A DNA stretch of 34,887 bases from Minisyncoccia bacterium (GCA_049303835.1 JBAQNN010000003.1:77933-112819); one strand, 5' to 3'. Shown: positions 1-8,045, counted from the first letter of the stretch. Made by a program: numbers and translations. The notes: generated from the letters alone by a model not told the origin.

Positions 1-125
1 CCGAATATCTGTGGAGAGATGTATGGATAAATATTTTTTGGAAAGGATTTATTTCAAATATGGAACGTATTCGGGATGGAAAGCCCACGGATATAGATGA
101 AGCGGCCCAGAAGGTCAGAATTTAG
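1..125 (+). CDS. 3' end of an unidentified CDS entering from upstream of the window (...DIDEAAQKVRI*)
   Basis: Frame 3 is open from the window edge (41 codons including the stop) to TAG at 123-125. Too short for the ORF track. No family recognised. Confidence 0.3.
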   Translation, partial: EYLWRDVWINIFWKGFISNMERIRDGKPTDIDEAAQKVRI

Positions 126-217
126 CAAAATATAAGGGAAGTGGCTAGGTCTTTTATCGTATTGATATTTATATAAAGATATTACCGCAAACATATATTG
201 TGCGACACGCTATTATT

Positions 218-604
218 CTATTGACATGAGCCAGAAAGAACATATCCGGCCTGTTCTGCTTCTTCCCCTGTCGTAAACCAGACTCTATTTTCTGGTTTAA
301 TAGTTTTGCCGGCCGAACAACTTATTGGATAGTATTTGCTTCCCCTGTTTGAGGCAAAGAAGGTTTTCCCAGAAAAACTAGATTCTGGAGTTTTAAAAGA
401 AGAAGTACTTTTGGTTGAAATAACGTTCGCAGACTGGCTTATATCCTGTAATTGGCCCTGATACTCTATCTGAATGCCCTCTTTGCTGCTTTCTTTAGAC
501 AGTCTACCCAACTCAAAAGACCCCAGTCCAACCAATATTATTATAATAACTATCAGGATGTCGTTTCCTTTTTCACTCCCAATAAAAAGCTTGATTTTTT
601 CCAT
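218..604 (-). CDS. Membrane-anchored small protein with a C-terminal Ada-N-like Cys motif domain
   Basis: 128-aa ORF with an N-terminal hydrophobic anchor (ILIVIIIILVGLGSF) and a Ser-rich linker. The C-terminus SKYYPISCSAGKTIKPENRVWFTTGEEAEQAGYVLSGSC resembles the Ada-type metal-binding-like module. Family call is from memory only. Confidence 0.55.
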   Translation of the reverse strand: MEKIKLFIGSEKGNDILIVIIIILVGLGSFELGRLSKESSKEGIQIEYQGQLQDISQSANVISTKSTSSFKTPESSFSGKTFFASNRGSKYYPISCSAGKTIKPENRVWFTTGEEAEQAGYVLSGSCQ

Positions 605-662
605 AAAATTGTTTATACTTGAATCTGTATTATATTATATAAGTAAATAGAAAACTAATCAT

Positions 663-935
663 ATGGCACATAGAAAAGCCGGCGGTACCGCCAAAAACTT
701 AAGAGACTCACAACCAAAATACCTAGGGGTAAAGCTTGCTGACGGCCAGAAAGCTCAAGCTGGCTCCGTCATAGTCCGCCAACGTGGTACAGCTATTATG
801 GCTGGTACAAATGTATCTGTGGGCAAAGATCATACCCTATTTGCTCTCAAACCAGGCACCGTTAAATTCGGCTCAAAGCGCAAGACATCATTTAATGGCA
901 GTACTTCAGTCAAGAAAGTAGTGAATGTCATTTAA
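663..935 (+). CDS. rpmA: 50S ribosomal protein L27
   Basis: [24 protein letters not shown]...[10 protein letters not shown] is the canonical bL27 N-terminus, and the 90-aa length fits. Confidence 0.97.
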   Translation: MAHRKAGGTAKNLRDSQPKYLGVKLADGQKAQAGSVIVRQRGTAIMAGTNVSVGKDHTLFALKPGTVKFGSKRKTSFNGSTSVKKVVNVI

Positions 936-955
936 ATAATAAAAATTCCAAATAT

Positions 956-983
956 AAAAAATCCCCAGTATTGGGGATTTTTT
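956..983. terminator. Bidirectional rho-independent terminator between convergent rpmA and rplI
   Basis: Stem ATCCCCA (961-967) / TGGGGAT (972-978) with loop GTAT. It is flanked by an A-run (956-960) and a T-run (979-983), so it reads as hairpin plus U-tract on both strands. Confidence 0.75.
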
Positions 984-1425
984 ATATTTGTTCAATTATT
1001 AACTTGAAGGAAGATTTTTTGCCTTTAATCAATATCGGAATTTCGTGCTCCCCTGTTTCTTTAATCGGCTTGTCTAAGACGATAAACTCTTCATTTATGT
1101 CGGCATGGTGTTCTCTCTTCATTGCTTCTACAATTTCTTTGTTGTGAATTTTGGAAAATAAATGTCCTTTCTCGTCTGCTTTTGCCGCAAGGTGAACTAT
1201 CTTACCCTTTATTTCTTCCAGATTTTTTGATAAAAGTTCTTCTTGTACTTCCCTCTCTATTTCAATATTTTTCTTTCTTTTATCAAGTTCTGAGATAGCT
1301 TTTGGGGTAGCAAGTTCAGCTAATTTTCTAGGAAAAAGAAAATTCACAGCATATCCATCATTTATTTCTTTTATATCATACTTCTTCCCTACCCTGGCTA
1401 CATCTTGTAAAAAGATTACTTTCAT
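982..1425 (-). CDS. rplI: 50S ribosomal protein L9
   Basis: MKVIFLQDVARVGKKYDIKEINDGYAVNFLFPRKLA matches the bL9 N-terminal domain; 147 aa. Confidence 0.95.
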   Translation of the reverse strand: MKVIFLQDVARVGKKYDIKEINDGYAVNFLFPRKLAELATPKAISELDKRKKNIEIEREVQEELLSKNLEEIKGKIVHLAAKADEKGHLFSKIHNKEIVEAMKREHHADINEEFIVLDKPIKETGEHEIPILIKGKKSSFKLIIEQI

Positions 1426-1446
1426 TTTGTTAAAAAATTTAATAAT

Positions 1447-2658
1447 TTATTTTAATAATATTTCCACGGCCTTGTTCATTTGTGAATCAACCTTGTTCTC
1501 TATGTCTTTTTCGGTAATTTCTACCACGTAGTCTGGAGTCAAACCTTTGTCGGAAATTGAATTTCCGTTTGGAGTCAACCATTTTGCTACGGTGATCTTC
1601 AGTATTGTGTCTGGAGTCACATCTATGACTTCTTGCACTGATCCTTTGCCAAAACTCTTGCTTCCAACTAGTTTTGCACGTCCGTGGTCTTGCATAGCGC
1701 CAGCAAGAATCTCAGAAGCGGAAGCAGATCCTCCGTCTATTAAAATTACAAAATTTAATTTGTCATTGAAAATGTCGTAACCTTTGCTTCTGAATATTTC
1801 GGGTGCTCTATTGTCACCATAATCTTCTTTCACTACGACTTTACCCCCTTTCAGAAACCAACTAGCCATATCTACGGATGCTTCCAAGTATCCACCAGGG
1901 TTTCCTCGCAGATCAAGAATCAGTTTATTACTTCCCGAATTCACGAATTGCTTCATCGCGTCACGAAAAAGGTTGGCAGAGTTGGCAGAGAAACTATATA
2001 GTTTAACTACAAAAATGCCGTCTTTTCGTGTCTCGGTATCCAAGGTCGGTATGTTGATAACATCTCTCACTATTTTTATTTCTTTTGGTTGGTTCAATCC
2101 TTCTCTAAGAATAGTCAGGGTGACAGTCGTTCCTTTTGGACCCCTTATCAATTTGACTGCTTCCTCTACACTTAAACCGGTAGTTATTTTATCATTAATT
2201 TTAAGAATTTTATCTCCAGATTTTATGTTGGCCCTGTAGGCTGGAGTATCTTTAAGTGGAGCTACCACAGTCAAAGATTTATCTTTCATTCCCACCTCCA
2301 TGCCGATTCCTTCAAAATTGCCGGCGATCTCTTCTTCAAAAGACTTTGTCTCCTCGGGATTAAAATAGACACTGTATGGATCATTTAACGAGCTCATGAG
2401 ACCTGCAATTGCCCCATAGATGCGTTCTTGGTCTGACACGTCTCCTGCGGATGGGTATTTTTCATCAATGGTATTCCAAACTTTCCAAAACGGAGAAAAA
2501 TCAGCTTTGGTGTCAACGGCTGTTTCCTTTCCGGAAACTCCCAGAATCTTATCCATTTCTCTGTAGTTACTTCCCCCTACATAAATTCCAAAAGCAAAAA
2601 ACAGAAATACAAATAAAACAGTAATTGTAATATGTTTTGTTTTGGAAAATTTTTCCAT
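1447..2658 (-). CDS. ctpA: S41 family carboxyl-terminal processing peptidase with PDZ domain
   Basis: N-terminal TM anchor, a PDZ-like segment (GMEVG...VVAPLKDTPAYRANIKSGDKILKIND), and catalytic-region motifs LILDLRGNPGGY and GGSASASEILAGA typical of Ctp/Prc-like S41 peptidases. Confidence 0.9.
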   Translation of the reverse strand: MEKFSKTKHITITVLFVFLFFAFGIYVGGSNYREMDKILGVSGKETAVDTKADFSPFWKVWNTIDEKYPSAGDVSDQERIYGAIAGLMSSLNDPYSVYFNPEETKSFEEEIAGNFEGIGMEVGMKDKSLTVVAPLKDTPAYRANIKSGDKILKINDKITTGLSVEEAVKLIRGPKGTTVTLTILREGLNQPKEIKIVRDVINIPTLDTETRKDGIFVVKLYSFSANSANLFRDAMKQFVNSGSNKLILDLRGNPGGYLEASVDMASWFLKGGKVVVKEDYGDNRAPEIFRSKGYDIFNDKLNFVILIDGGSASASEILAGAMQDHGRAKLVGSKSFGKGSVQEVIDVTPDTILKITVAKWLTPNGNSISDKGLTPDYVVEITEKDIENKVDSQMNKAVEILLK

Positions 2659-2683
2659 ATGTTTTTATGTTTGTATAGAATAT

Positions 2684-2953
2684 TTATTCTGTGCGACCAT
2701 CTGCGAGTTCGTTCGTGTTCTCAACTCCATTTATCTCTTGGTTTTTATTGAAGTCATCGTTTTCTCTAAAATTATCAAAAACCTTTTTCTGGTTTTCTTT
2801 CATCTTTTGATTTTTATATAGAACATAACTAAAATAAATAAGCCCGATTCCGGTAATGGTAGACAGTATATCCTTCCAAGAGTATGGAATCCCCAAATAC
2901 GGCAATATTGCCACCCACGTTCCCAAAATCAAAAGTATTCGTGCTTTTCGCAT
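2684..2953 (-). CDS. Small two-TM membrane protein, function unknown
   Basis: 89-aa ORF with two hydrophobic helices followed by an Asn/Glu-rich tail. It fits the co-directional gene array without overlap. No family recognised. Confidence 0.5.
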   Translation of the reverse strand: MRKARILLILGTWVAILPYLGIPYSWKDILSTITGIGLIYFSYVLYKNQKMKENQKKVFDNFRENDDFNKNQEINGVENTNELADGRTE

Positions 2954-2995
2954 TAATACATTATATCAGTAGCAGTTTAAAAATGCAAAATGGAT

Positions 2996-4687
2996 TTAAT
3001 TGAAATATTCAGGGGTATTTATGGACATCCAGTCCAAAAGTTGGCGCATTATTGAAGATGCCCCCACACTACCAGTTGAGGGTCCAGCTTCCATCATTAT
3101 GGTAAAGGCGTATTTTGGATTTTCATACGGGAAAAAACCGACTACCCAAGAATTTACTTTATTTTTAGCCAAGCCTACTTGAGCCGTACCAGTTTTGGCT
3201 GCTACTTCTACGTAGGGAACATTTAAAGCTACAGCTGTGCCATAGGTCACCGCTTGTCTCATCCCATCATGAACAGTATCAAAATATTCTTTTTTTAAAT
3301 CAATTATAGAAATTATTTTTTCTTTTTCCTTGTCGCCCAACACAAGATGAGGTGTCAGCAACTTGCCGTTATTGGCAATGGCCCCTACGGCACGGGTTAT
3401 TTCCATGGGAGTAACTTGGAAGCCATACTGTCCGATTGCAGTATGGTATGTATTTCCTATGCGCCATGGATCTCCGTTAAAATTTGCCAATTTCCATTCG
3501 GGGTTTGGTATATTTCCACTTTTTTCGTTTGGTAGATCAATTCCGGTCTTAACTCCAAGACCAAAGAGTCTGGCATATTTTTCTAAATTAGCTATACCGA
3601 GTCCTTTTTGGTCCTCAAAACCTCCTCCTATTTCATAAAAATAAACATCAGAAGAGACGGCTAATGCTTCCATCATGTTTGTCCAACCGTTTACTTTCCA
3701 GTCCTTAAAAACAGTTTTTTGGTCGGGGAAATAAGGGTTTGGAATAGAAATAGATCCGGTAGAAAGAATTTCTTTATATGGATCTATTACACCCTCAACC
3801 AAGGCACCCAAGGCAAAAAATGGTTTTACTATTGATCCGGGAGTGTATAATCCTGAAATATTTTTATTCAAAAACACTTTTCTTTTATCGGCTAGATATC
3901 CTTTAATGCTGGTCGTATCTTTTCCCAGAGAGAGGATCTCAGAATTGTATTCCGGAAAACTAGTAGAGGTGATGACCTCTCCTTTCTCTGTATCCATGAT
4001 TATGCCCGCTCCTCCCAAGAAAGAACCGGATTCAGACAATTTTTTTATGAGGGAAAACAATTCTTTTTGGATGCGTGAATCAATGGTAGTGACAAGATCG
4101 GCTCCTTGTTTGGGGGTGTTTACGATATTTTCTGAAAACACTTTGCCCAGAGCGTCAGTTTCAATAATTTTTGAACCATTCTCACCTTTTAATAAGTCAT
4201 TGTATTCCTTTTCTAAACCATCTTTTCCAATAAATTCACCTTGCCAATAATTGCCTGATTTGTCTTGAGTGGGGTAGCTGACATAACCCAACAAATGAGA
4301 GAAACCTGGTGATAAATATGCCCTGGTAGGAATAGAGGCTGGGCTTTCTTCTTTATTCCACACCATTTCTATCTTATTACGATCATAGACAATTCCCCTA
4401 TCGGTGAAGACAATAACTTTTTCTAACACATTGTTCTGACTTCTTTTGAAATATGCCTCACCTTTTTGTATTTGTAGATAAGCAAGACGAGTGCCAAAAA
4501 CTCCAGTAAAAAATAAAAACAAAATGCCGAGCAGTAGAATTGTTTTTTTTGGAATCGGCCTCTCTATACGTCCTTCAAATTGCTGACGGTCAAAATTTTG
4601 CAAGTTTTGAGAATCAAGAAAAATCTCATCCGGATCTACAAAACAATTTTTATATTTTATTTTATTTTTTGTAATTCTCGGTATCAT
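2996..4687 (-). CDS. mrdA: Penicillin-binding protein 2 / peptidoglycan D,D-transpeptidase
   Basis: N-terminal TM anchor, a PBP dimerisation region, and transpeptidase motifs: a SxxK-type GSIVKPF, SSDVYF (SxN-like) and KTGTAQ. Confidence 0.9.
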   Translation of the reverse strand: MIPRITKNKIKYKNCFVDPDEIFLDSQNLQNFDRQQFEGRIERPIPKKTILLLGILFLFFTGVFGTRLAYLQIQKGEAYFKRSQNNVLEKVIVFTDRGIVYDRNKIEMVWNKEESPASIPTRAYLSPGFSHLLGYVSYPTQDKSGNYWQGEFIGKDGLEKEYNDLLKGENGSKIIETDALGKVFSENIVNTPKQGADLVTTIDSRIQKELFSLIKKLSESGSFLGGAGIIMDTEKGEVITSTSFPEYNSEILSLGKDTTSIKGYLADKRKVFLNKNISGLYTPGSIVKPFFALGALVEGVIDPYKEILSTGSISIPNPYFPDQKTVFKDWKVNGWTNMMEALAVSSDVYFYEIGGGFEDQKGLGIANLEKYARLFGLGVKTGIDLPNEKSGNIPNPEWKLANFNGDPWRIGNTYHTAIGQYGFQVTPMEITRAVGAIANNGKLLTPHLVLGDKEKEKIISIIDLKKEYFDTVHDGMRQAVTYGTAVALNVPYVEVAAKTGTAQVGLAKNKVNSWVVGFFPYENPKYAFTIMMEAGPSTGSVGASSIMRQLLDWMSINTPEYFN

Positions 4688-4934
4688 AAAATTTTATTTT
4701 CTTTTTTAGCATTTCTATCGCCGTGATGATTGTAATATAAATTAAGAGAGATATAAAAATCACAGATGGATCCCCTACCCCATAAAGTAAATTTGAAAGA
4801 AAGAATAAAACAATCGCTTCCCAAAAAACCCTAAAATAAAATGCTCCCATAAGTGCGAGTACTACAGAAACCCAAAAAGGCATAAAAAGCACCGAAAACA
4901 AGAGCAAAACTGAAGCTAAAATCCTAATAACCAT
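4662..4934 (-). CDS. Small three-TM membrane protein (occupies the slot where mreD often sits upstream of PBP2)
   Basis: 90-aa hydrophobic ORF whose 3' end overlaps the PBP2 start by 26 nt. The MreD-like role is suggested by position only. Confidence 0.45.
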   Translation of the reverse strand: MVIRILASVLLLFSVLFMPFWVSVVLALMGAFYFRVFWEAIVLFFLSNLLYGVGDPSVIFISLLIYITIITAIEMLKKKIKFYDTENYKK

Positions 4935-4976
4935 ATTTCTATACTACACGTTTTGGGTTAAAAATACAAAAGAATT

Positions 4977-6071
4977 TTATTTTATTCCGGTCGTGAGCAT
5001 GGGCTCTGTGTCGGTCGGCAATATTTGAAATCGGAGGTGGCCGATAGTTTGGCCAGATTCGGTTTTAATATTTACTTTCCACTTCCCTGCTCCAATACTT
5101 GAACGTCTTGAATATGTGCGGAAACCCCCATCTCGTCCTCCTCTTACTGGTAAATTTACCGTCTCGTCACTTACCCATTCTTCTTTTTCATTATCGTAAT
5201 ATTGCCACTCATGGAGAATAGTAGTGTTTAGACCCCTTGGAGAGAAAATCGCACTAAAGGCATATACAGGCGCTTTGGTAGTCTTATAAAAATCCGGGTA
5301 TAAATCAAAATATTTCTTCCACCCTGAATTTTCATAAGCGACCACATAATTGCCATCGTTATTTTTTTCTATAGTGTGGTATACCCCAGCATCTTTTAGG
5401 GAGAGTGGCATCGGGGGGATAAGGTTGGTAAAGTAGAGAATGTTTATTAAAACAGTAATACCCAAGATCAGGGAAATAATCAATTTTTTACTTTCCGCAA
5501 ATTCTCTTTTTACAAAAGAAGATAGGATAAAAATAAAAGCTACAATAAAAATAAGACTGACGAGTCCGGACAATATAAACACCCAAGTACCTATTTTGTG
5601 CAAAATTATCGGCACAAGAAAAATAGCAAAAGAATAAACGGAAAGATAAAACAAACTTATTTGAAAACTAAATCTTACATAATGTCGCTTTAACGATTCA
5701 TTAGCCCAAAAAGCTCCTGCTAGAAGCACAATAAACGGCCAAGTGGTAAAAATATCAGCGCTCCGGAAATAAAAAACCAAATAAGTAGAGAGGATTCCTC
5801 CAAAGAAAAACTGTAAAATGTTTACATACCAAAAATGTTTTCTGCCTGGGTTTGCCTCATCTCCTTCTTCTTTTTCTTGTGTATGAATAAGAATTATAAA
5901 AATTCCGACGATGAGCAGATGGCCTAAAATCCAGATATTTTCCCAGAGCGTATCTACCCGTTTGAGGGTGACGGCATCAAAAACGAATCCAGAAATCAGA
6001 GACAGAGAAGAGATTGGTCGTTCAAAGCGACCATAAAAATTACGAATTGGTTCAATAAAAAGCATATTCAT
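4977..6071 (-). CDS. Polytopic membrane protein with a C-terminal DUF2914-like extracytoplasmic domain
   Basis: About 7 hydrophobic helices, then HEWQYYDNEKEEW...LPVRGGRDGGFRTYSRRS...GKWKVNIKTESGQTIGHLRFQI, which matches my recollection of DUF2914. Its ATG overlaps the sortase stop (TAATG at 6069-6073). Confidence 0.65.
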   Translation of the reverse strand: MNMLFIEPIRNFYGRFERPISSLSLISGFVFDAVTLKRVDTLWENIWILGHLLIVGIFIILIHTQEKEEGDEANPGRKHFWYVNILQFFFGGILSTYLVFYFRSADIFTTWPFIVLLAGAFWANESLKRHYVRFSFQISLFYLSVYSFAIFLVPIILHKIGTWVFILSGLVSLIFIVAFIFILSSFVKREFAESKKLIISLILGITVLINILYFTNLIPPMPLSLKDAGVYHTIEKNNDGNYVVAYENSGWKKYFDLYPDFYKTTKAPVYAFSAIFSPRGLNTTILHEWQYYDNEKEEWVSDETVNLPVRGGRDGGFRTYSRRSSIGAGKWKVNIKTESGQTIGHLRFQILPTDTEPMLTTGIK

Positions 6072-6652
6072 TATTCTATCAGAATTGCGCTGACCACCAA
6101 GCGTTTGTTGTGTGTTTTTAATTTTTCAACCCAGCTGCCCGTGCAAGTGATCAATTTTAAAAATTTGGCATCGTCTTCATTGAAAACTTCTTCTCCTGAC
6201 GCGTCAAAATCATACATTTTCATTTCAGTCACTTGAAAATGAAGTTGCTTGTCCTTTTCCATTGTAACATAGACATCATCTCCTACTGCTAAATCTCCTA
6301 GTTTTCCAAATACTGCGGCCAATCCGAGTTCGTTGTTTACGTGTCCGGCTATTACCGCGCTACCTTTTTCTCCTGGTATGGTGCCGTATTTATACCAACC
6401 TACATCTAGAAAGTTAGATGGCGTAGCCATGTTTCCTTTTTGAGTAATACCTACTTGTTGAATTTTTGCATCCACACCAATTTCGGGGATAGAAATATTT
6501 ATAGGATATTCTTTTTCGGTGTCTAAAGAAATGTCGGCTCCTTTTGGCAAAGGAATTTCATCCGAAGGAGAGTAATAAATTGTTCTAAAAAGAACAACAC
6601 CAAAAACACAAACAGCAAGAATAACTGCGCCTTTTAGAAAATGTTTATTCAT
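6071..6652 (-). CDS. Sortase (class E/F-like cysteine transpeptidase)
   Basis: Start chosen at the internal Met (MNKHFLKGAVILAVCVFGVV, a TM anchor). Catalytic His (VIAGHVNN), Cys (LKLITCTG) and Arg (RLVVSA) are present. The upstream part of the track ORF (6653-6859) overlaps the preceding gene. Confidence 0.85.
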   Translation of the reverse strand: MNKHFLKGAVILAVCVFGVVLFRTIYYSPSDEIPLPKGADISLDTEKEYPINISIPEIGVDAKIQQVGITQKGNMATPSNFLDVGWYKYGTIPGEKGSAVIAGHVNNELGLAAVFGKLGDLAVGDDVYVTMEKDKQLHFQVTEMKMYDFDASGEEVFNEDDAKFLKLITCTGSWVEKLKTHNKRLVVSAILIE

Positions 6653-7131
6653 TAAACTGTTTTGGATTGTTTTTGTAGATAAACTCCGCCCAAAATTGCT
6701 ACTAGTCCGGAGGTCAAAAGAAGTAGTACGTTGGCAAGAGAATTGCCACCATTTCCTGTTCTTGGTAGACCTGGAGTCGTTCCTGGAATAGGTACAGCTA
6801 CAGAGGTGCCATTGCATGGTCGACCGGTAAAGGTGCTGTATCCATAGAGAGAAGTACATCCGGCTAGGTAGTTTAAAGCAACAGAGCTTCCGCTACAAGG
6901 TTCACCTGTGGTGACACTATACCCGAGGGCTGTAGTACATCCCGGCATTGGGGCATTTATCGGAGTAGAGTTGCCATTACAAGTACGTCCCGTGGTGACA
7001 CTGTATCCAAGGGCTGATGAACACCCTTCAGGATAAGTCACGCTTTGAGCATTTGCATTTTTCATATTTGCAAATCCAAAAACAAAAACAACAGCAAGAA
7101 ATAAAAACGTAGAAATAATTTTTGTTTTCAT
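6652..7131 (-). CDS. Secreted LPXTG-type sortase substrate with three Cys-bracketed repeats
   Basis: Signal peptide ending ANA. Three repeats of GC-x3-(L/Y)GYS-x2-TG-x2-C-xG. C-terminal sorting signal LPRTG plus a hydrophobic helix and a KQSK tail. Its stop overlaps the sortase ATG (TAATG at 6650-6654). Confidence 0.8.
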   Translation of the reverse strand: MKTKIISTFLFLAVVFVFGFANMKNANAQSVTYPEGCSSALGYSVTTGRTCNGNSTPINAPMPGCTTALGYSVTTGEPCSGSSVALNYLAGCTSLYGYSTFTGRPCNGTSVAVPIPGTTPGLPRTGNGGNSLANVLLLLTSGLVAILGGVYLQKQSKTV

Positions 7132-7213
7132 AAAAATATTTATTAATTGATAATAGAATTCAGAACTATGTCCCTATAATTAGACGAAAATATAGGGTAT
7201 TTATTACATAATA

Positions 7214-7504
7214 TTATATCGCCCCTTCCTTTTTAAGCAAGGCTCGTTTTGTTTTTACCCCACCTTTGCCTGAATATCCGCCCAAAGTTCCGTCACTCCG
7301 GATCACCCTATGACAAGGAATGATTATGGGGATAGGATTTTTCCCCACGGCATTTGCGATCGCTCGGACTGCCTTGGGCTTCCTTATTTCCTTTGCTAAT
7401 TCTTTATAGGTGATGGTTCTTCCTCTTGGAATTTTTAAAAGCATCTTCCAAACTTTTTTTTGAAACGAAGTGCCTTTTAATTTTTCTACGTTAATTTTTG
7501 ACAT
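7214..7504 (-). CDS. ogt: MGMT-family methylated-DNA--protein-cysteine methyltransferase (single-domain, 96 aa)
   Basis: Active-site motif IPCHRVI is present, with the helix-turn-helix region TYKELA upstream. The length corresponds to the C-terminal DNA-binding/alkyl-acceptor domain only. Confidence 0.85.
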   Translation of the reverse strand: MSKINVEKLKGTSFQKKVWKMLLKIPRGRTITYKELAKEIRKPKAVRAIANAVGKNPIPIIIPCHRVIRSDGTLGGYSGKGGVKTKRALLKKEGAI

Positions 7505-7541
7505 ACTTATATGATTAGATATTAATTATACTAAATTAAAA

Positions 7542-7562
7542 TCTATATAAAAACGAAGTCGC
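7542..7562. repeat. Left arm of a 21-nt inverted repeat (partner at 8336-8356)
   Basis: tctatataaaaacgaagtcgc here, against the reverse complement of 8336-8356, tctgtataaaaacgaagtcgc. 20 of 21 positions are identical. Confidence 0.9.
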
Positions 7563-7583
7563 CCCAGAGAGTCTGGCGACTTC
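7550..7583 (-). terminator. Rho-independent terminator of the GC-rich small ORF
   Basis: 9-bp stem GAAGTCGCC (7555-7563) / GGCGACTTC (7575-7583). On the minus strand it is followed by GTTTTTATATA. Confidence 0.7.
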
Positions 7584-7604
7584 TACTGGGGACGAGATGG
7601 GGGC

Positions 7605-7784
7605 TCACAAGAGCCGACAGAGGGTGTGGAGTACTTCAGCGTACTCTCGGACGCACTTCTTGTGATGTTTGATCGGTTCTCCTTTCTTGTAGGGGTGACG
7701 GGTATAGGGCAGATGACTCTTCAGAGAGCTCCACGTGAGCTTGATCGCCCTCTTGATGAGCCGAGCCTTCTTTTTCTTTCTCAT
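7605..7784 (-). CDS. 59-aa highly basic hypothetical protein in a GC-rich, codon-atypical cassette
   Basis: Start placed at the internal ATG (7784), preceded by AAGGGGGAGG, which is where the composition switches. G/C at third codon positions is 41 of 59 by my hand tally. Product is MRKKKKARLIKRAIKL...; no family recognised. Confidence 0.5.
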   Translation of the reverse strand: MRKKKKARLIKRAIKLTWSSLKSHLPYTRHPYKKGEPIKHHKKCVREYAEVLHTLCRLL

Positions 7785-7928
7785 GCCTCCCCCTTTTATT
7801 TGTACATAGTGATTCTTTTTAGGAATACTATATCGGAAGTCTAATGTCAACAAAATATAAAGAAATTATCTGCATAATCTAGTTTTTTTAAAGAATTTGT
7901 GCTATAAATTATAATGTTTTTGACAAAT

Positions 7929-7999
7929 TGGGAGATCGTCTAACGGTAGGACAGCGGCCTTTGAAGCCGTGAATCTTGGTTCGATTCCAAGTCTCCCAG
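7929..7999 (+). tRNA. tRNA-Gln (anticodon UUG)
   Basis: Hand-folded cloverleaf: acceptor TGGGAGA/TCTCCCA, anticodon arm GCGGC-CTTTGAA-GCCGT, T arm CTTGG-TTCGATT-CCAAG, discriminator G. No encoded CCA. Confidence 0.9.
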
Positions 8000-8003
8000 C
8001 TCG

Positions 8004-8012
8004 TGTTATAAT
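8004..8012 (+). promoter_or_regulatory. Extended -10 promoter element (TGTTATAAT) for the zinc-ribbon gene
   Basis: Exact TGnTATAAT lies 5 nt after the tRNA-Gln 3' end and about 33 nt before the ATG at 8046. Confidence 0.4.
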
Positions 8013-8045
8013 TATTTTGTTATTAATTAATGGGTAATAAATATT

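Noticed and set aside
1547-2624. Plus-strand ORFs 1547..1780, 1973..2239 and 2409..2624
   Set aside because: All are antisense within the well-supported Ctp peptidase gene, with no independent signals.
3000-4250. Plus-strand ORFs inside PBP2 (3000..3182, 3347..3535, 3363..3638, 3843..4250)
   Set aside because: They are shadow frames of a conserved gene, and the products are low-complexity.
6653-6859. N-terminal 69-codon extension of the sortase ORF in the track (MYFSLWIQHL...)
   Set aside because: It lies entirely inside the 3' end of the LPXTG gene in another frame and has an odd composition. The internal Met at 6652 gives a normal TM-anchored sortase with a TAATG coupling junction.
6840-7030. 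Periodic DNA repeats that could suggest a CRISPR-like or tandem-repeat array
   Set aside because: The periodicity is the coding repeat of the LPXTG protein (three divergent copies of about 80 nt, no spacer/repeat regularity). No CRISPR array is visible anywhere in the window.
7555-7800. GC-rich patch as a structured ncRNA gene (RNase P RNA, tmRNA, SRP/4.5S or 6S), since GC-rich islands in AT-rich genomes are often RNAs
   Set aside because: I found no RNase P P4 motif (GAGGAAAGTCC), no tmRNA 5' GGGG.../3' T-arm-CCA signature, and no SRP domain IV motif (GGAA/AGCA-type). The G/C enrichment is concentrated at third codon positions of a clean ORF that has a G-rich pre-ATG motif and a terminator. 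An Infernal/Rfam scan would settle it.
7626-7844. Plus-strand 72-aa ORF across cassette 1
   Set aside because: It has no promoter or ribosome-binding site, its hydrophobic nonsense-like product is typical of a shadow frame, and the terminator orientation fits the minus strand.
7785-7853. Upstream extension of the small GC-rich ORF (MLTLDFRYSIPKKNHYVQIKGGG...)
   Set aside because: The extension is AT-rich host-like sequence that includes the presumed promoter and leader. The composition shift and the G-rich ribosome-binding-like motif coincide with the internal ATG at 7784.
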